DNA from: Spizellomyces punctatus DAOM BR117
Lineage: Eukaryota
DNA: 64,000 bases
Assembly: GCA_000182565.2 (NCBI GenBank)
Contig: KQ257459.1
Direction: 5' to 3' (one strand)
Under the pieces are notes generated by a model. The model made no database searches. It saw only the letters and a program-made list of their open reading frames with translations, and was not told the DNA's origin. Shown piece by piece: positions 38,816 to 52,790 of this stretch (its first letter is position 1; each line of letters starts with the position of its first letter). The translations under genes and the position numbers were made by a program.

Positions 38816-39110
38816 GTTTGGCAAGCCGATCTTTGAAGATCGCGCGTAGCGATTGTTGACGAACCTCGCTAGTTGGCAATGGGGGACACCTCATGGGTGG
38901 TAATTCACGTGGGCAGGAATTTGGTGATGAACCTTTGCTCGTTGCTTTTAACTAATCTTCGATTGCACATACTGCTCCAATTAAAAAAAAAATATATATA
39001 GGCTCAATATTGGAAATGCAGCAGTAGGTATTATCGTTTGAATTTCACACGTAGCAAAGGTAACTGGAATCGGAAAGTATCATCAATTGTAATCTACCGG
39101 GCAACAATAT

Positions 39111-42100
39111 TCATGTATGTGGGACTAATTTGGCGGATACTCTTCCCACCATTAACAAAGGTTTATCCTCCTTCTAATATCAGATGTTAGGAAGAAGGCA
39201 GATAATCAAGTACATTGGTTGTCCATGGTCACGTTTACCTTTATTTCTCCACTCTTCGGTCTCTTCTTAGGCGGAGCAGCCCCCCTCTCTGTATCATCAT
39301 AAATCTTTAGGACTTTAGGATCCTTTGCTTGCGGCTATTTTTATATAGTGAGTCCTCATCACAGAAAGGGACAGCATGAGCGAGATTGGAAACTTACTCT
39401 GGCAACAGCAGTCGGGTCCCCTTCAGGTATATACACTAACGGCTTTGGATGCGGCAGTTGTTTGGTAACTTCTTCTCGTGGAGGCTCTTTATAAAGCCGA
39501 GCAAGAGTGACATTTGCGTCTTCGAGTTTGGCGTACAATGCCGTCTACAAGAGGGGACATGTTGGCCACAGTCATGCTGAATCTACTATCAATCAATACG
39601 CCGAGTTACCTTTTGCCATGTTCCAGGCATACCTTCTGTAGAGGTTGTAGGCTCTCCATTGGGAATAATGCGGAAATCACCGGTGGCAAAGGCGCGGGAA
39701 AGGGTTTTGAAACGACGTAGATACCTGGTAATGGGCAGGCGAACGTTGAAGACCAGGACATATGTTCAACTATGTGCGGTTTCCAGGCACTCACGCATAA
39801 CCTCTTTCCAGCTCGGCTTTTCTTGTCTCCTTTTCAACCTCTGGCGGTATGTGGAGGGCGCTTAGGCTTGCTCCCTGATAGGGTAAAGCGGGTGTCATTA
39901 AGTTTATAGATGTAAACGACCATCCGGAGTGTCATGCCAAAATGTACCTCTTTCTCTGGAACCCGTGCTTTAAGCAGTCCTTTGGCATCCATATACCCTG
40001 GGGGCACGCCTTCCTGCTGACTAGATGACAGAATGAGTTTACGTCCCCGGACATATGTATATATCATAAAATTACCTCTTTGTCCAGGCGCCTTCATCGT
40101 CGAGTGTGACTCCTGATTGACACCGGTCAGTTTTTGCAAAATCGATTGATGGAGCAGTACATTAAGTTACCATGTAGCTTCATCAATCGCTTCGCTCGAT
40201 CCCGTCGTGACTGCCGTGCTCTAGCGGCAAGGAAATCTTCAAACGTCCGGGTCTGGATATAGCGGTTAGTCTCCTGACGGATTCGGCTCCTGAAACTCAT
40301 TCAGAAAATGCACACCATATTTTGGAATTCCTCCGTCCTTCGGGCTACTTCTTTCTCCAGGAAGTCTACAAACTTCTCTCTTTCCTTCAAGCGTTTACTG
40401 AGCAATTGATTTTCGCTTAGCATAGAGTCGTACTTGACACTCATTCCTTCGTAGTCAAAGCGAAGTTCATTGGTTTCCTGGAGTGGAAGGGGATGGTTCA
40501 TGGGACATACTGCTTTGGGAATCCCGAATTACAAAAACGTACCCTTGAGATTCGTTTCAACATATTTTCAATGGAATTATGTCCCTCTCCCTTGGCATCC
40601 AGAGCCAATCGAATGACCTTGTGCCTCAAATGCTCCTTCTCCTGGGCCAGCACATTGATTCTCGCAGTCATATCATCCAATTTTCTCTGATTATCTGTCT
40701 CTGCCCGCAGCCGCGCTTCTTCCCTATCCGCAATCATCTTGTTTTTCACTTCAATCGTGGCCATTAGATCTTTAATGCGCGTTTCCAGCGATTTGAGGTG
40801 TGCTTGAAGTTTGTCACATTTGGATTCAAGTGAGACATTTTGACGTTGCAGGAGCGAAACTAAATGTTTCTGTTCGCTCTCTTGGTCGGATTTGACACGC
40901 TCAATTTCCCGGGCATGCTCTTTACGTATGTTTTCCATGTCCTGTGGTAACTTGCATGTAATTATCTTTCAAGACAGCAAAGTAAAGCAGGCGCCATACC
41001 ATCTCATGCTTCTGCATTAGATTCTGGAGGTCGGACCCTTCAATAAGGTTCATAATCTTCGCATCTTTTGCCACCATCATGTCCGCGTAGAACTTGTCCT
41101 TGGCTTGGATAACGTACATGATTTCTTGTTCATATCTGGCTGCCTGGGATGACAGCTCATCCTCCAGCTTGGCAACCTCGGCATTGAACAGGAATTCAGC
41201 GGTCATCCGATATTCATCGAATTGCCCTTGCATTGAATACAAAAGACCCTACGGAAAGGCACAAATCTCTATCACCTTCATCTACTGTGTGGACATGGAT
41301 ACTATACGAATATTATACCTGGTACTCTGTCATCAGGCGCTTCTTGTCTTCAAACTGCTCTCGTTTATGGTTCTCATATTCGTCACGCAGTCTTTCGTAT
41401 TCTTCTTGCTGCATTTTCTGGTACGACTCGTTCTCGAGTTTTGTCACTTCGATGAATTCATCGTATTCTCTTCGAATGCCTTCAATGAGCTGTTGTGTAC
41501 GTGTTAATACCTTCCAGATGCGCCGTGGTCCCTGCAAACGGATCGACTATGAACACTTTTAACCCACCGCTTCAACTCCTTGCAATTGGTTTTGCTGCTC
41601 ATTATGTCGTCGGTTGGCGTCCGCTGCAATGTCCATGATTTGCCGCTTCTGCTGTTGAATGGTTGCATTCGCGTCTTCGAGTTTTTCTTGTAGGTCCATG
41701 ATGTCGTCAGGGACTGCAACTTGGACCTCTGCAGCAGTGTAAATACGTATCACGTAGATATGGCAAGTTGTAAAAGAGTCCAAAATACCAACCTTTCTTT
41801 GCGGCATTTTCTGCGTCTTTCAGTGCCGTGGCACGGAACTGCCGCAGATCGTGCAACTCTTCCTGGACGTCCGTCATCTGACGTTTAAGATCCTCTAGGA
41901 AAGTTTATTAAGAAGTGATACATTCCGGTCAGCCGAAGCCATCACTTAACTCACCCGTTTTGGCAACTTCTTCTTCGTACATGCTCTGGGTTTTAGCCAA
42001 GTCCTCCCGCACTTGTTTCAGCTCCGCTGACTTGCGCTCTAATGTAAAAAGCGCTTCGGAAAGATCTTTTGCTGCATTCGGTGTGGATGGGGATGCTACC

Positions 42101-42588
42101 TTCATGGATGCGACAAGCGATGTTTAATTCATGCCAATCGGATTCACCAAATCGTCACCGAGCGAACATTTACCGAGTCGTTGGTGATCCTCGCCCCTTT
42201 TCGTACGTGGCCACCTTGAGTCTAAAACAAATTTGAAGCAAACAAATATGCAAAGAGCTATGGAAGTCAAGTTCTCAAGTGCTTTTCCAACTTGGTTGCT
42301 TCTCTTCCTCTGCTTACCGTTGGTCGGGATGGTGTAGTCTTTCCTTCTTCTAGCCGCAATTTGAGCTGTCGGATTTCATCCTCCATGGTCTCATTCTGCA
42401 CAGCTTTATTGTACAGCTGTAGGGGTACCGCAAATCAGATAAGATCTCAGTTTGGTTATGATATGACTTCTGGTAGGATTTAGCAAGCTTTGAAACTGTA
42501 CCTCTCGCTGCAGTGCATTGAACTTCGCACGCAGTTCATTATTTTCTCGGAAGAGTTGATGCAAAAAGTCCGAGTCTGCCTTATCCAT
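39111..42588 (-). CDS. Long coiled-coil protein of unknown function, multi-exon
   Basis: Many short ORFs with heptad E/K/Q/L composition (ENNELRAKFNALQRE, LESKCDKLQAHLKSLE) separated by canonical introns; 3' end reconstructed to TGA 39113-39111. Confidence 0.75.
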
Positions 42589-42673
42589 TGTTCAACCGCC
42601 GCAGAGAGGGCAAGCTGGTTGGTGCGAGACAAGCTGATCGGGTTTGCGACACGACGTGGATTATGTCAGCAAT

Positions 42674-45600
42674 ATGCAGCAACTTGCCTTGAGGACCTTC
42701 ACCGAGCTGAAATATCGATTCGCACCACCATGTTTGGAGATATTCGCCAGTCAGTGGTCCGTCCATCACGCAGTGCCTTTCCCGAGCCCAAACTTGGCAT
42801 CCTACGACCTTCTACCACCCGACCAACCTCTAGACAAGTACCTGAACACACCTCTCGTAATGAGCCTGGGTCGACGAAAGGGCTGCGAGGTATTTACTGA
42901 AGAACGGCAAAATTTCCAAATCTATATCAGCAACACTCATTTTGTTCCAATGCGGTGCTTCTAGCCATTGATGCCTCCCTTGGTGGAGCAAATATCCGTA
43001 TCGCCCGCCGCATGATTGTCACGACGACTTTAAAACGCTCCTTAGCTGTTGATGTCCCCATAACGAACTTCGACGTATGCCTGCATGCAAATCTAATTGC
43101 TACATGTACGGGAAAGGTTGTCTATGTATGGTCCCTGGACTCACTGTCGATCGTACACAAGGTAGGTTGTACCGCGATGGTCAGGAAAGGATGGTCATGG
43201 TCGTTTACCAGATGGTATAATCCAGTTCGGTAGGACTACAGGAAGTGTTCACCGAGGTAGGACTGTGATGACCCCACACAATCCATTGTGAAGCAGGGAA
43301 GAGTGTACTGAACTTCACTTAGAAAATATACGAGATTGCAAATTCAACATTGCCGGAACGCTGCTCGCCACATGCGGGGAAGACAAACGTATCGTTGTAT
43401 GGAATCTCAAAAGTTTACGAGCAGAAAAGTGGGTAGGGGAGATTTCATGATTCATACTACGCTTTAGAAACCTCGATTCGCTCAGCTCATCTCATATTTA
43501 GGGTCATCGAAGCCCACAGCGGCGTGGTCTATCAGATCGCCTTCACAGAAGACGACAGCAGACTTCTGTCAGCGTCGGATGATGGCAGAATTCAAATCTG
43601 GCAATGGAAGACTGGTACGACTTGCATCTACGGTGCCAATGCTTAACCAATGTTGTCAAATTGTACCAATGCTGCTGTCCAGGTACGCTAGTCGGATCAT
43701 ACATCCGACATCCCGCAGCAGTTCGATGCTTCGACTTCAATTACGGCCACGCTGACCGCATTGTCTGTGGTCGAAGTGATGGCCATATCAGCACTTGGGA
43801 TACACTCAGTAAGCTAATCATTGACGACGTAAAACCAGACCCAGATTGGTGAGAGTGCAATGATAGCATACCATGAAGATATCGGAGATCTCACCTTTAT
43901 TTTCAGGGTGCAAGACGGTGCGGAGATGAATTTGATGGCATGGGCCGATGTAGATCGAAATCATACCGGTAATGAATAGATGGGTGAACAAGAGCGAGGC
44001 AACAAAATCTCACATTGTGCCGCAAGGGTCCATTCTCTGTGTTAGAGTCTCTCCGAACAACCGGCTACTAGCTTCAGGCGCAACTGACAATACCTGTAAA
44101 CTATGGAACATGACGTCGTATGCGAAAGATTACAACAGCGTGCAACAAGAGCTACAGGTCGGCCAAGTGTTCAACTGTAAGATGGATTTCTCCGTATCTT
44201 ATTCCTCAATATATGATAGGAGTCAAACCGAGTTGCGCAGAAAATGGAAGACCCAATTAGAGTAGACGATGAGTCTTATAATGTCCAGATTGGCACGAAA
44301 GATTTCACTGGGTTGAAAATTGGCGATGTAAGAATCAAACATAAGCAATCGGCCGCTGGGAGCGCTTGTCTTAAAGTTTCCATTCAAGCTTCCAATTCCC
44401 CTCGGTTTTCACGCCGACCTCTTGTTTACTTTCCGGCATGAGGGTCCTGTATTAGCTGCACGGTTCAACAACAGCTCAAGGTATTTTGCACACACTCACA
44501 GGAAAAGGATACTGTCATGAAGCGTTCACCTATCTTGCAGCATTCTTATAACAGGCTGCGTAGATTCCACATGTCGCCTATGGTCCGTACGTCGAGGGGA
44601 TCTACTTTTCCAGATCAACGTCCCTGCACCAGTCACTTCGATATTTGTTGATGCTGTTGATGACATGTACTGTGTTTGCCAAAATAGGCTATTGGTAAGT
44701 TGTGCATTGGTGGATATATGTGTCATACGGTCTAACAGCTCCTTTCGTAGTTCTTTGGTATCAAAGCGCACACAAAGGAAGAGGACCTGCCAAGTTACTG
44801 GTAAAGATCTTCAACTTTTCGGAAGCATTATTTCTCTTCTTCAACGTTCTCTGTAGGCAACGCCGCTCCATGAAGTCACTACGAGAAGACGCGGTGGCAA
44901 CAGATAAGGTCTATCAGTCACTCGAGGAGTAATGCATTTCAGGAGCTAACGAATTTCATGCAACAGCAATTTCCCATGGAGCAGCTCACTACTGAAGACG
45001 CTCAACTCGTGTCGCAAATTACGGAGGAAATGGAGCAGGGCGGTGCACAAAAGAGTGAGTGAAGTTCCAAGCCGTCCTTTCTCTGCACTGGTCTAAAGAC
45101 AGACGACAGAAATCACGATTCCCGAACTACGCAACCTCATCTCACACGGTCTCATCCTTCCAACGTTTCTGGACACCCTTTTGGAGCAATACAAAAGTGT
45201 AGATACCGCGCAATTAGCCGAGAACATGAAAAATGTAGGTAGCTGCTTCTTCTACGACAGCAACATCAGTATCGAGGCTCATTTACTGTTCCTGCATATG
45301 CAACCAAAGCATGAAATAGCGTCGCGACAGATTCTGCGGCTCATTGTAAATACCAACTTCCACCCGCGAGATATTTTGACCGCAATGGCTTCGAAGAAAG
45401 ATGCGGACACTCTATACAATATGATTCGATCTGTATGTGTTCGGATTTTGCATCGTATTGCCGCAGAACGCTGAGAACTTGTATCTTCCTTCTGTAGGGG
45501 GTGCCAATCACGAATTACATGCTAAAGCTGGGATACCGACCGATAGATGAATCCGCTACAGAAGGTATTTGCGAACAAGTGTTGGGCAATCTATCAGCGA

Positions 45601-46895
45601 GTTAACACTACCTGGAACGCCAAAAAAAACGCAGAGAGTAAAGCTATCTTCCTTAATTTACATGACTTCTTCCCTCGCGGGAAAGCATTGCGTAGGTTCA
45701 TAATCACTGCTAGTAATGGCTCGATGCTAATATAGACTATCGATATAGTACCCCGTGGCCAAGGTCCAACTCGGATGCGCACAGGTCCCAAGGGCCAACA
45801 AGCGAGCTTTGGGCCAGGCGAAGATACGGAGGAATACAGTTGGTCAGATGAAGACGAGGAGGCATACCTACTCGAAGAAGAGATGCGAGCAGAGATGCTT
45901 GCGGCCCGTAATCAGCCAAAAGGAAAAGTTCTGCATTTCATTCCGTCCGAGCAGATAAAGTTATTGAAAGGTTCAAAGTACTCTCCAATGTTCCTCGCAA
46001 GAGAAGGCCTCTAAATGTCGTTTTCGCAATACAGATTTCCACGCAAACCGGGACATGAAGCCGATATTCCTTAGGGATATCGTTTTGGATTTGAACCCGA
46101 CATCTGGATATCCGAATTTCAATGTTGAAGCAGAGACTCGTGATACACGGGTACTTATCGCTTTGCTCCCGTGTCGAAATCATTGAGGTCCTCAACCGTA
46201 ACCACCTTTCTGTAGCCGATCATTGCACAAAAAGCCGTACAAAGACAAGGCGTTCGCTTCAACGAAATGTATGTGTAACGCTCCGTGCACAATTTGCATA
46301 GCATACAATACTGACGACAAACCGCTCATTAGGTCAACACTGAACCGGATCAATCGTCAAGCTCCCCGGGGGCAACGATCATATGGGGGCAAGGTTGGTT
46401 GACGGCACTACCTGAAGTTCAAAATCATAACTGTCGTCTAAATCTTGCTGGTCATTACAGGCATTCAACATCCGAGACTTACCATTACAGCTCGGACCCG
46501 GATACGAAAGAGTCCGGGCATCTCTATCCAGTTCCCAAACAGTTTTCCAACCAGCCAAGTAATTTACTTTGGGAGTATTTTATTAACTTGACCGATTGAA
46601 GTACCTAAACGAAGATTTAGGTACCTTCGGGCACGCGGTCTGAACATACGCTTTCATCAGCACGGACAAAATGTACGAGGTGGTCATTACCAGCGGGGAC
46701 ACGTATATGCCGAGCCTATCGTGATACGGCAATCAAGATCTCAGGTCCGCACACCAGTAACAGAGTTCCGTCTCGTGTTCACAAGCACTGTTTGCTGACA
46801 ATCATATCCATTGCCAGGATATCAGACAACAATTTGTTGTCGGACACTCTGTCTCCTTACGCGAACAAACAATCGATGCTGATGCGGATATGTAA
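42674..46895 (+). CDS. WD40-repeat protein with a long C-terminal region, multi-exon
   Basis: WD repeats (ATCGEDKRIVVWN, AHSGVVYQIAF...SASDDGRIQIW, ASGATDNTCKLWN, TGCVDSTCRLWS); boundaries approximate. Confidence 0.8.
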
Positions 46896-47161
46896 ATATG
46901 TGTTTAGTAATGTACCTGCAATCTTCCCTATAGGCCGCATTTAGCGCTAAAAGTCGTCCATGGTTCCTTTAATTCTCATGAGCGGGCGCCTCTAAATGTG
47001 GTGATGATTGATCCACAGATGCCACTACAATGTTCGCACATGCTCAGCATGACATGATGAACCGCAAGAGGCAATCTTTTCTCATCAAGTATATATTCAC
47101 GCGGAGAATGCCTCCAGTGACTCAGGTAGCGAAAATCTCTATATGTCCTCTATCTGTAGGC

Positions 47162-48586
47162 CTAGTCAATCCCCAACCAACTTTTCATCCACTCATAAAC
47201 GAAGAAGCTAACTGCACTCATGGGCATCACCTTCATGTAACCTATGCTCAATCCTACAAAGAATCCTCTCCAGCCCCTTCGTCGCGCGATATCCAGAGCG
47301 GTTTGTGCTGTAGTGCGCCGCAACTCGTTTCCGTCTCGAACCACCCCCGCGACTTGCATGTTACGGCGAATTACTTCAAACGGGTAGGCAGACGTTTGGG
47401 CGATGGCCCCTGACACTGCCCCGCATGTCAGGTACGCCCACCATGTCAATTCTGCTTTATTAGGGTATTTTGGATGTGAAGTGAGGGTGTATTTTCCAAG
47501 TGTTGTTTTGGCGAAGGTCTTTAGCCGTTCGTACACCAAGAAGCTGACTCTGCACAGGTGGGACAAGTCAACGTGTGAGTCAAATTACCAGCGATACACA
47601 AAAGACTTGGTATTCCACATACCCAGCATAGGGAATAATTCCATACAGCGTTGGCATGAATCCGCGGTAAAAATTCATAACACCAACTAGTGGTCGCAGC
47701 GTTGGCCGAGGATTGTGGACAAAGGGACTCGGTTCCGTATAGATCATGCGAACCACATCACTTAGTTTTATCGGGTGATGGTGTGCCCGCACTTCGAATG
47801 CCAGCCGTACTCTTATAAGATCCAATGGGTAGGAAAAGAATACAGATGTACAACCTAGTGTTCTTAGAAATGAGAATAGTCCCCATACACAAAGGCAGGC
47901 GGCAGGCGACCAGAACACTCACCAGCCAAAGATCCAGCAATCATATTCCGAAAAGCTGACTGACTCTCTTTTGTTGGCATGATTCTATGCTTTATTTGCT
48001 CGTAGGCCATAAACTTGATGGCAGCGTAGGGAAAGATTCTGAGTAATGTTGCGGAATGCCCTTGAAACAGCCCTCGCACACCGTAAGCCCGCTTGATATC
48101 ACTTGCAGCTCTAAATACACCGAAAAAGGTTCCTGCCGTTTAAAACGCCATATTAGCTCCCGCGCGCTTGCCAATGCACAACCATCCGTCTGCCAGCACA
48201 CCTGAATACTTTTCGAAATGAGGGTTATTGGTTTGGAACAGAATCTTCACTCTATCCAGGGGTGCTACGGCTGTCTTTGCCGCACATCCTGCAACACCTC
48301 CCGCCACCAAACTTCGCCAAATATATTCCAGACTTTGTCTGTCATAGTTGGGTTTTATCTTGGCTGTTGTTGGGGTAGCATCCGCTGTCTCCAGACCCAC
48401 AGCAGACGATGTGCTAGATGCAGATGATGACGCTGATGTTGGGGTTTGCGGTGACAGGGGTGTGAGCGGTGCTATGCTTTGGTGAGATGAGTGCACCGAC
48501 GCTTGTGGGGTGTTGGCCATTTCGTGTGTCATCGTGAACAACACTTGCATCGCCCGAAGAAAAGGACGAGGCTGCTTAGTAAGCAT
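47162..48586 (-). CDS. LEU5: Mitochondrial carrier, Leu5/SLC25A16/A42-like (CoA transporter)
   Basis: Three PxD/ExxK/R motifs ([29 protein letters not shown]), plus [17 protein letters not shown] and GLSIGYMKV. Start could be 48586, 48550, 48532 or 48520. Confidence 0.9.
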
Positions 48587-49028
48587 GATGTGGTCTCGTA
48601 AGAACCAAAAGTCAACTGTATTTTGGAGTCTGGAGCCGGTGAGCTGACTATGGTCGTAATAGATTGCTGGATATATTGCCTTGAAAACTTCTCCGGAGAT
48701 CGTTCTAATAACGATCGGACAGACATGAGCATGGGTCGCTTAACCCCCACTTGAGAGTGGTGCGCATCATCAAACCAGATAATAATATTCAACCTGCAAA
48801 AGGTTACGAATACGGCCATCTGAAGTAGGTGCAAGCCATTATGTCATAGTATATATTTTCTTAGGATTACATTGTAGTGTTACTGGTTAGAAAAAGCAAG
48901 ACGAAAGTCAACTCACGTCTTAAAACTTGGTCTTATTCTGCAGCGTGTAGATCAGTTTGCAGACCGATCGCGGTCGTTGGTGCGCGTCCGAATTTGAGCC
49001 CCACTTAGATTGAATATCAGTCAGTCGC

Positions 49029-50307
49029 ATGTCGCCAAGCTCGTCGCTAACGACCATTCCAGACGACCAGACGCTGGCCCCAATCGCAACATGGATTCTG
49101 GAACATTGTGCCGCACGAGTGTCATCTGCGACCACATTCAAACCAAGTGCAACCACTGCCCTGTACTCCCGATTGCACCGCAAGCTTGCACCCTATTCTC
49201 CGGCTTTCAGCGCTGAATTCTCCACAAACCTAGCCGCCTGTATTGCAGAGATCCGCTATTGTTTGACCCTATCCCCCAAGTGCAAGCAGGTGCGACAAGA
49301 TTTTGTTCACCTGCTGCAGACTATGCAAGACATGGAGGGAATGAGGCGCACGACGGTCAACCGAGCTCTGGAACCCCATAGTACAGAAAAACGAGACTGG
49401 TCAAAGAAACGCCGAAAAGTCACGGTCGTCAGAGAGAACCAAACGGAAACTTTGCGAGAACGCTCGGGGGCTGCTGAGAAGCTTTTCGTCTCAGCATTTC
49501 TTGGTTTAAAGCGACAAGTAAGCTAACCTGTTGTGCACTTTTATTCCGTACCTGAATGTACATTTACGTTTTTCCTCCATGGAGCTCATTGTGCAGTCAA
49601 TCTACGAAACACCTTACTCGCTCTCAAAGTGCCTGGCATTCCTCAACACTCTTCTCCCCAATCCCGTCTCTGAGCAAACCCTACAATCACGGTGGACTCT
49701 CCCGGATAGCCACGGTCCGGCACACCAACTTCGAATAGAACTGTACGATTTGTTAGACAAAGTGGATGTATACCTGGAAAAACGTACAGTGATCTCCAAT
49801 CGGAAGCGAAAATCGCATGAACCAGAAAACGGGAAAGCGTTTGAGGATTCAGGCCCGGGGTACGATCGCGCCTCCTTGCCTATCTTGTCACAGATCATCA
49901 TGTTTATGGATATCCATTTAGGGGAGAAAATGGCTCTATGATACCAGAAGAAGAGCGCTCGTCCATCGAGTCTTTCGCAGTTCTTCGCGAATACGATGCC
50001 GCCCTCAGTTGGGAGAGGGCATGTGAACAGGTGAGAGTATAGTGGAGTAATGCATGTAGCGAGACGATTCTATCTCATGCTCTATGGCGAAGGTGATGGA
50101 ATACTTGCAGGCTGCAGAACAACTGTTGCTGGATGTGTTGAGGACCGAACAATGTCCAACATGCGGCGAGGACAGCTGCGTAGGTATAACCGAAGGAAAA
50201 ACGATCCTGCAGAAAGTACGTGTATATCCACCTCTGTCAACTGCTCTCATGTTTTGACACCTTTGCTACTTGATTAGATCCAGACGCACCGCTGTGCTTC
50301 ACCATGA
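49029..50307 (+). CDS. Hypothetical helical protein, multi-exon
   Basis: ORFs 49029-49526 and 49531-49941 plus downstream exons (intron 49860-49921 etc.) ending ...CPTCGEDSC...IQTHRCASP-stop. Confidence 0.6.
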
Positions 50308-50556
50308 TATATCCAGGCCCCAGTTGGATTATTGCGTTCATGTATTCATGCCATATTTTCGAAATGCTCAATGTATGCATTCATGTTTTATATACTACAT
50401 CCTCTCCAATTGACTGCATCAGCCATCCAGTTGTCGTTTGTTTATATGAAGATCGAATATTAGGTAAGCCTCGTCACGTGGCCCAACATCTTCCCAGAGC
50501 TCTTCCGTCCCAAGTTGCATCTTCCCACGTTGTTTCTGTCCCTCGGCCTTGACAAA

Positions 50557-52624
50557 ATGTCAATAGGTGGCCTGCGGGTCCGACTTCAATTTTCCCCTCC
50601 TCTACCGTCTAATCGTTGCTGGTATGAAGTTTCATATACAGATCGACATACCCTTATTAGCGATCTAGCTACCTCGCTTTGGCATGACTTTGATCTGAAG
50701 AAGCTCGCAAAGGCGGAGCAATTGAAGTTGGAGGTCGATGGCTTTGAACTAGGGAGGTCGTCGACGACAAAGGGCATCGTTAGAGAGGGCGACTTGATTG
50801 TGTAAGAATATATTAGACTCCTTTGGTTCTCAACATCACCGTACTGATCTTGGTCGTCTGCCTGCAGTGTCAGCTGTGTCCAAGGGGGCTCTGTTGCATC
50901 TCCTAGGATAGATGGTATTGAAATTTGAACAACAGCTTATTTTGACGTACAGATTCTCACATGTCGATTTATGTCTGGAAACCAGTTCGGATCAAGCGGA
51001 AGCGGCGAGTCTCCTTCTCATCAACTGAAGGCTCGGATTCCAAATCCAAGAGAACAAAGACTGTGACCAATGACACCGTGTCTGGCAACAAGAAGATTGA
51101 GGTAGCATCTGAAGTAGATAAAATTCAAGTCGGCACGAAAGATACCGTAGAAGCGGAGGATGATGGTTCTTCTGATTCGTCAAGTGATGAGACTTCCAGT
51201 GGAGAGTCATCTGAGGAGTCGTCGAAGGAGTCGTCGGAAGAATCTTCTAAAGAATCCTCAGAAGAGTCATCGGACGAGGCATCTGAGGAATCAGAAGAAT
51301 CTTCGGACGAGTCGTCTGAAGAGGCATCCAAGAAGCCGTCCGTAGTGAAATCTTCAGAAAAGGAGCAGAAAGGAGATTCATCGAAACAAGCGAATTTGAA
51401 AGAGAGTAAAGTGGGATCGAAGGAAAATGGGATACGTGTGGAGAGTCGTACGCTGACCGTGAACGGAGTGACTTCGCAGAAAGAGGTTCGTTATCCCCCA
51501 CCAAGAGCAAAGCTGCTGTGCGCTAACGATGGTGTAAAGGTAGGACGACCACAAATGTCTGTGAAGAGCAGCGAAACGGGACAAGTTGGCAAGCGCATCT
51601 CCCGGTCACCGGCGGGAGCCACAATATCTGATATTGCTCCTCCATTATCGCTGGGGAAGAAAAAGAAGCGTCAAATGGAGGAGTTGATCAATCACCAAAG
51701 AGTTCATGTGAGGTTTGCAGATGCCGACGATGAAGAAGAGCATGCGGCTGAGCAAGATGGTGAGTGGTCGAATCATCCCAGTGCAGCGTTCGAAGGCACG
51801 GTGTCTGATGTTGCTCTGCTAGTGTCACTTGGGAAGAAAAATGCAACGCTTTCGCAAGACTCAGTGAATGTAGGTAGAAACCATGTGAGATTTGGGGATG
51901 GAGAGGACAATGCAGTTACCGAGGCATCAGAGGTATATTTCACTCTGGATTTCTTTCTGGGCACTTCACACTGTTCTTACCTACGGTTCAACCTACAATT
52001 GCTTTAGCCTAGTCATACTTCAATCGGTCGATCGCGTGTCATCTATACACAAGTCTATCTTGAGGATGACCAGAAGAACAAGGGGAAAAGACGTCGAAAT
52101 CGTTCAAGGTATTCCATGGAGGGACAAACAACAACAGATGGCGAAGAGGTGAACGGATCAGCACGCCCTACGTCGGTATCAGCAGCTGCAGTTGAGAAAG
52201 GACCAAAGAAGAACTACGCTGCCATGCCTGCTCTGATCGGAAGCCCAGTAAGTGGGCAGACAATTGCCTACAAGATTTTAGAGATGTCAGATACATATTG
52301 CCCGGTGATATCCGACTTTAAGGTGATCGCCTTGCTGATATTGAGCATTTCTCTAATACATACTAACGGATGTTGCTCTGATGTTTGTTGTAGGAGGGAT
52401 TAGTCCTTTCCGTTGACCCTCGGCGATCACTTGTTACACTCAAGTTGAAAAATTCTTTCCGACCAGCAACCACGAGTAATGAAGAGGACGAAGAGGTTGC
52501 GGAAGGCATGCTAGGGAAGTTCGACTTACCTCCAGATGATTGGTACATCTTGGAGGGGGCGCAACATCAAGAGATCATAACATTGGAACTCGCCAGCCTC
52601 ATTGATACCAGGATTGTCTCGTGA
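50557..52624 (+). CDS. COIL: Coilin (Cajal-body scaffold) homologue
   Basis: Coilin_N pattern LRVRLQF...RCW...ISDL...LEVDGFEL...IVREGDLI; acidic Ser-rich middle; C-terminal Tudor-like YAAMPAL.GSP..GQTIAYKILEMSDTYCPVISDFKEG. Confidence 0.85.
51204..51329 (+). repeat. Degenerate 12-bp coding tandem repeat, (ESSE/ESSK)n
   Basis: About ten synonymously diverged units encoding ESSEESSKESSEESSKESSEESSDEASEESEESSDESSEEAS. Confidence 0.8.
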
Positions 52625-52790
52625 GAATGAACTGCGAGTCACCATTATGCGCGGGATGTGACACCAACATAGAATGTGTTCGCAAGTTATATTTTTCTGC
52701 AGATGCATTCTCCATCTTCATTTTCAATAATACTTCATATATACAAAGGGGTAACAGGAACTACTATACATCTCGCGCATTGCTGTCTTT

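Noticed and set aside
42589-42673. Possible RFX X-box in the bidirectional promoter
   Set aside because: Only a weak partial match (GTTGGTGCGAGAC).
49860-49945. Apparent frameshift in an A-run (GEKMAL-stop versus GENGSMIPEE)
   Set aside because: A canonical 62-nt intron (49860-49921) restores the frame.
51204-51329. Periodic repeat as a possible CRISPR array or satellite
   Set aside because: In-frame coding low-complexity repeat with synonymous variation and no spacers; eukaryotic context.
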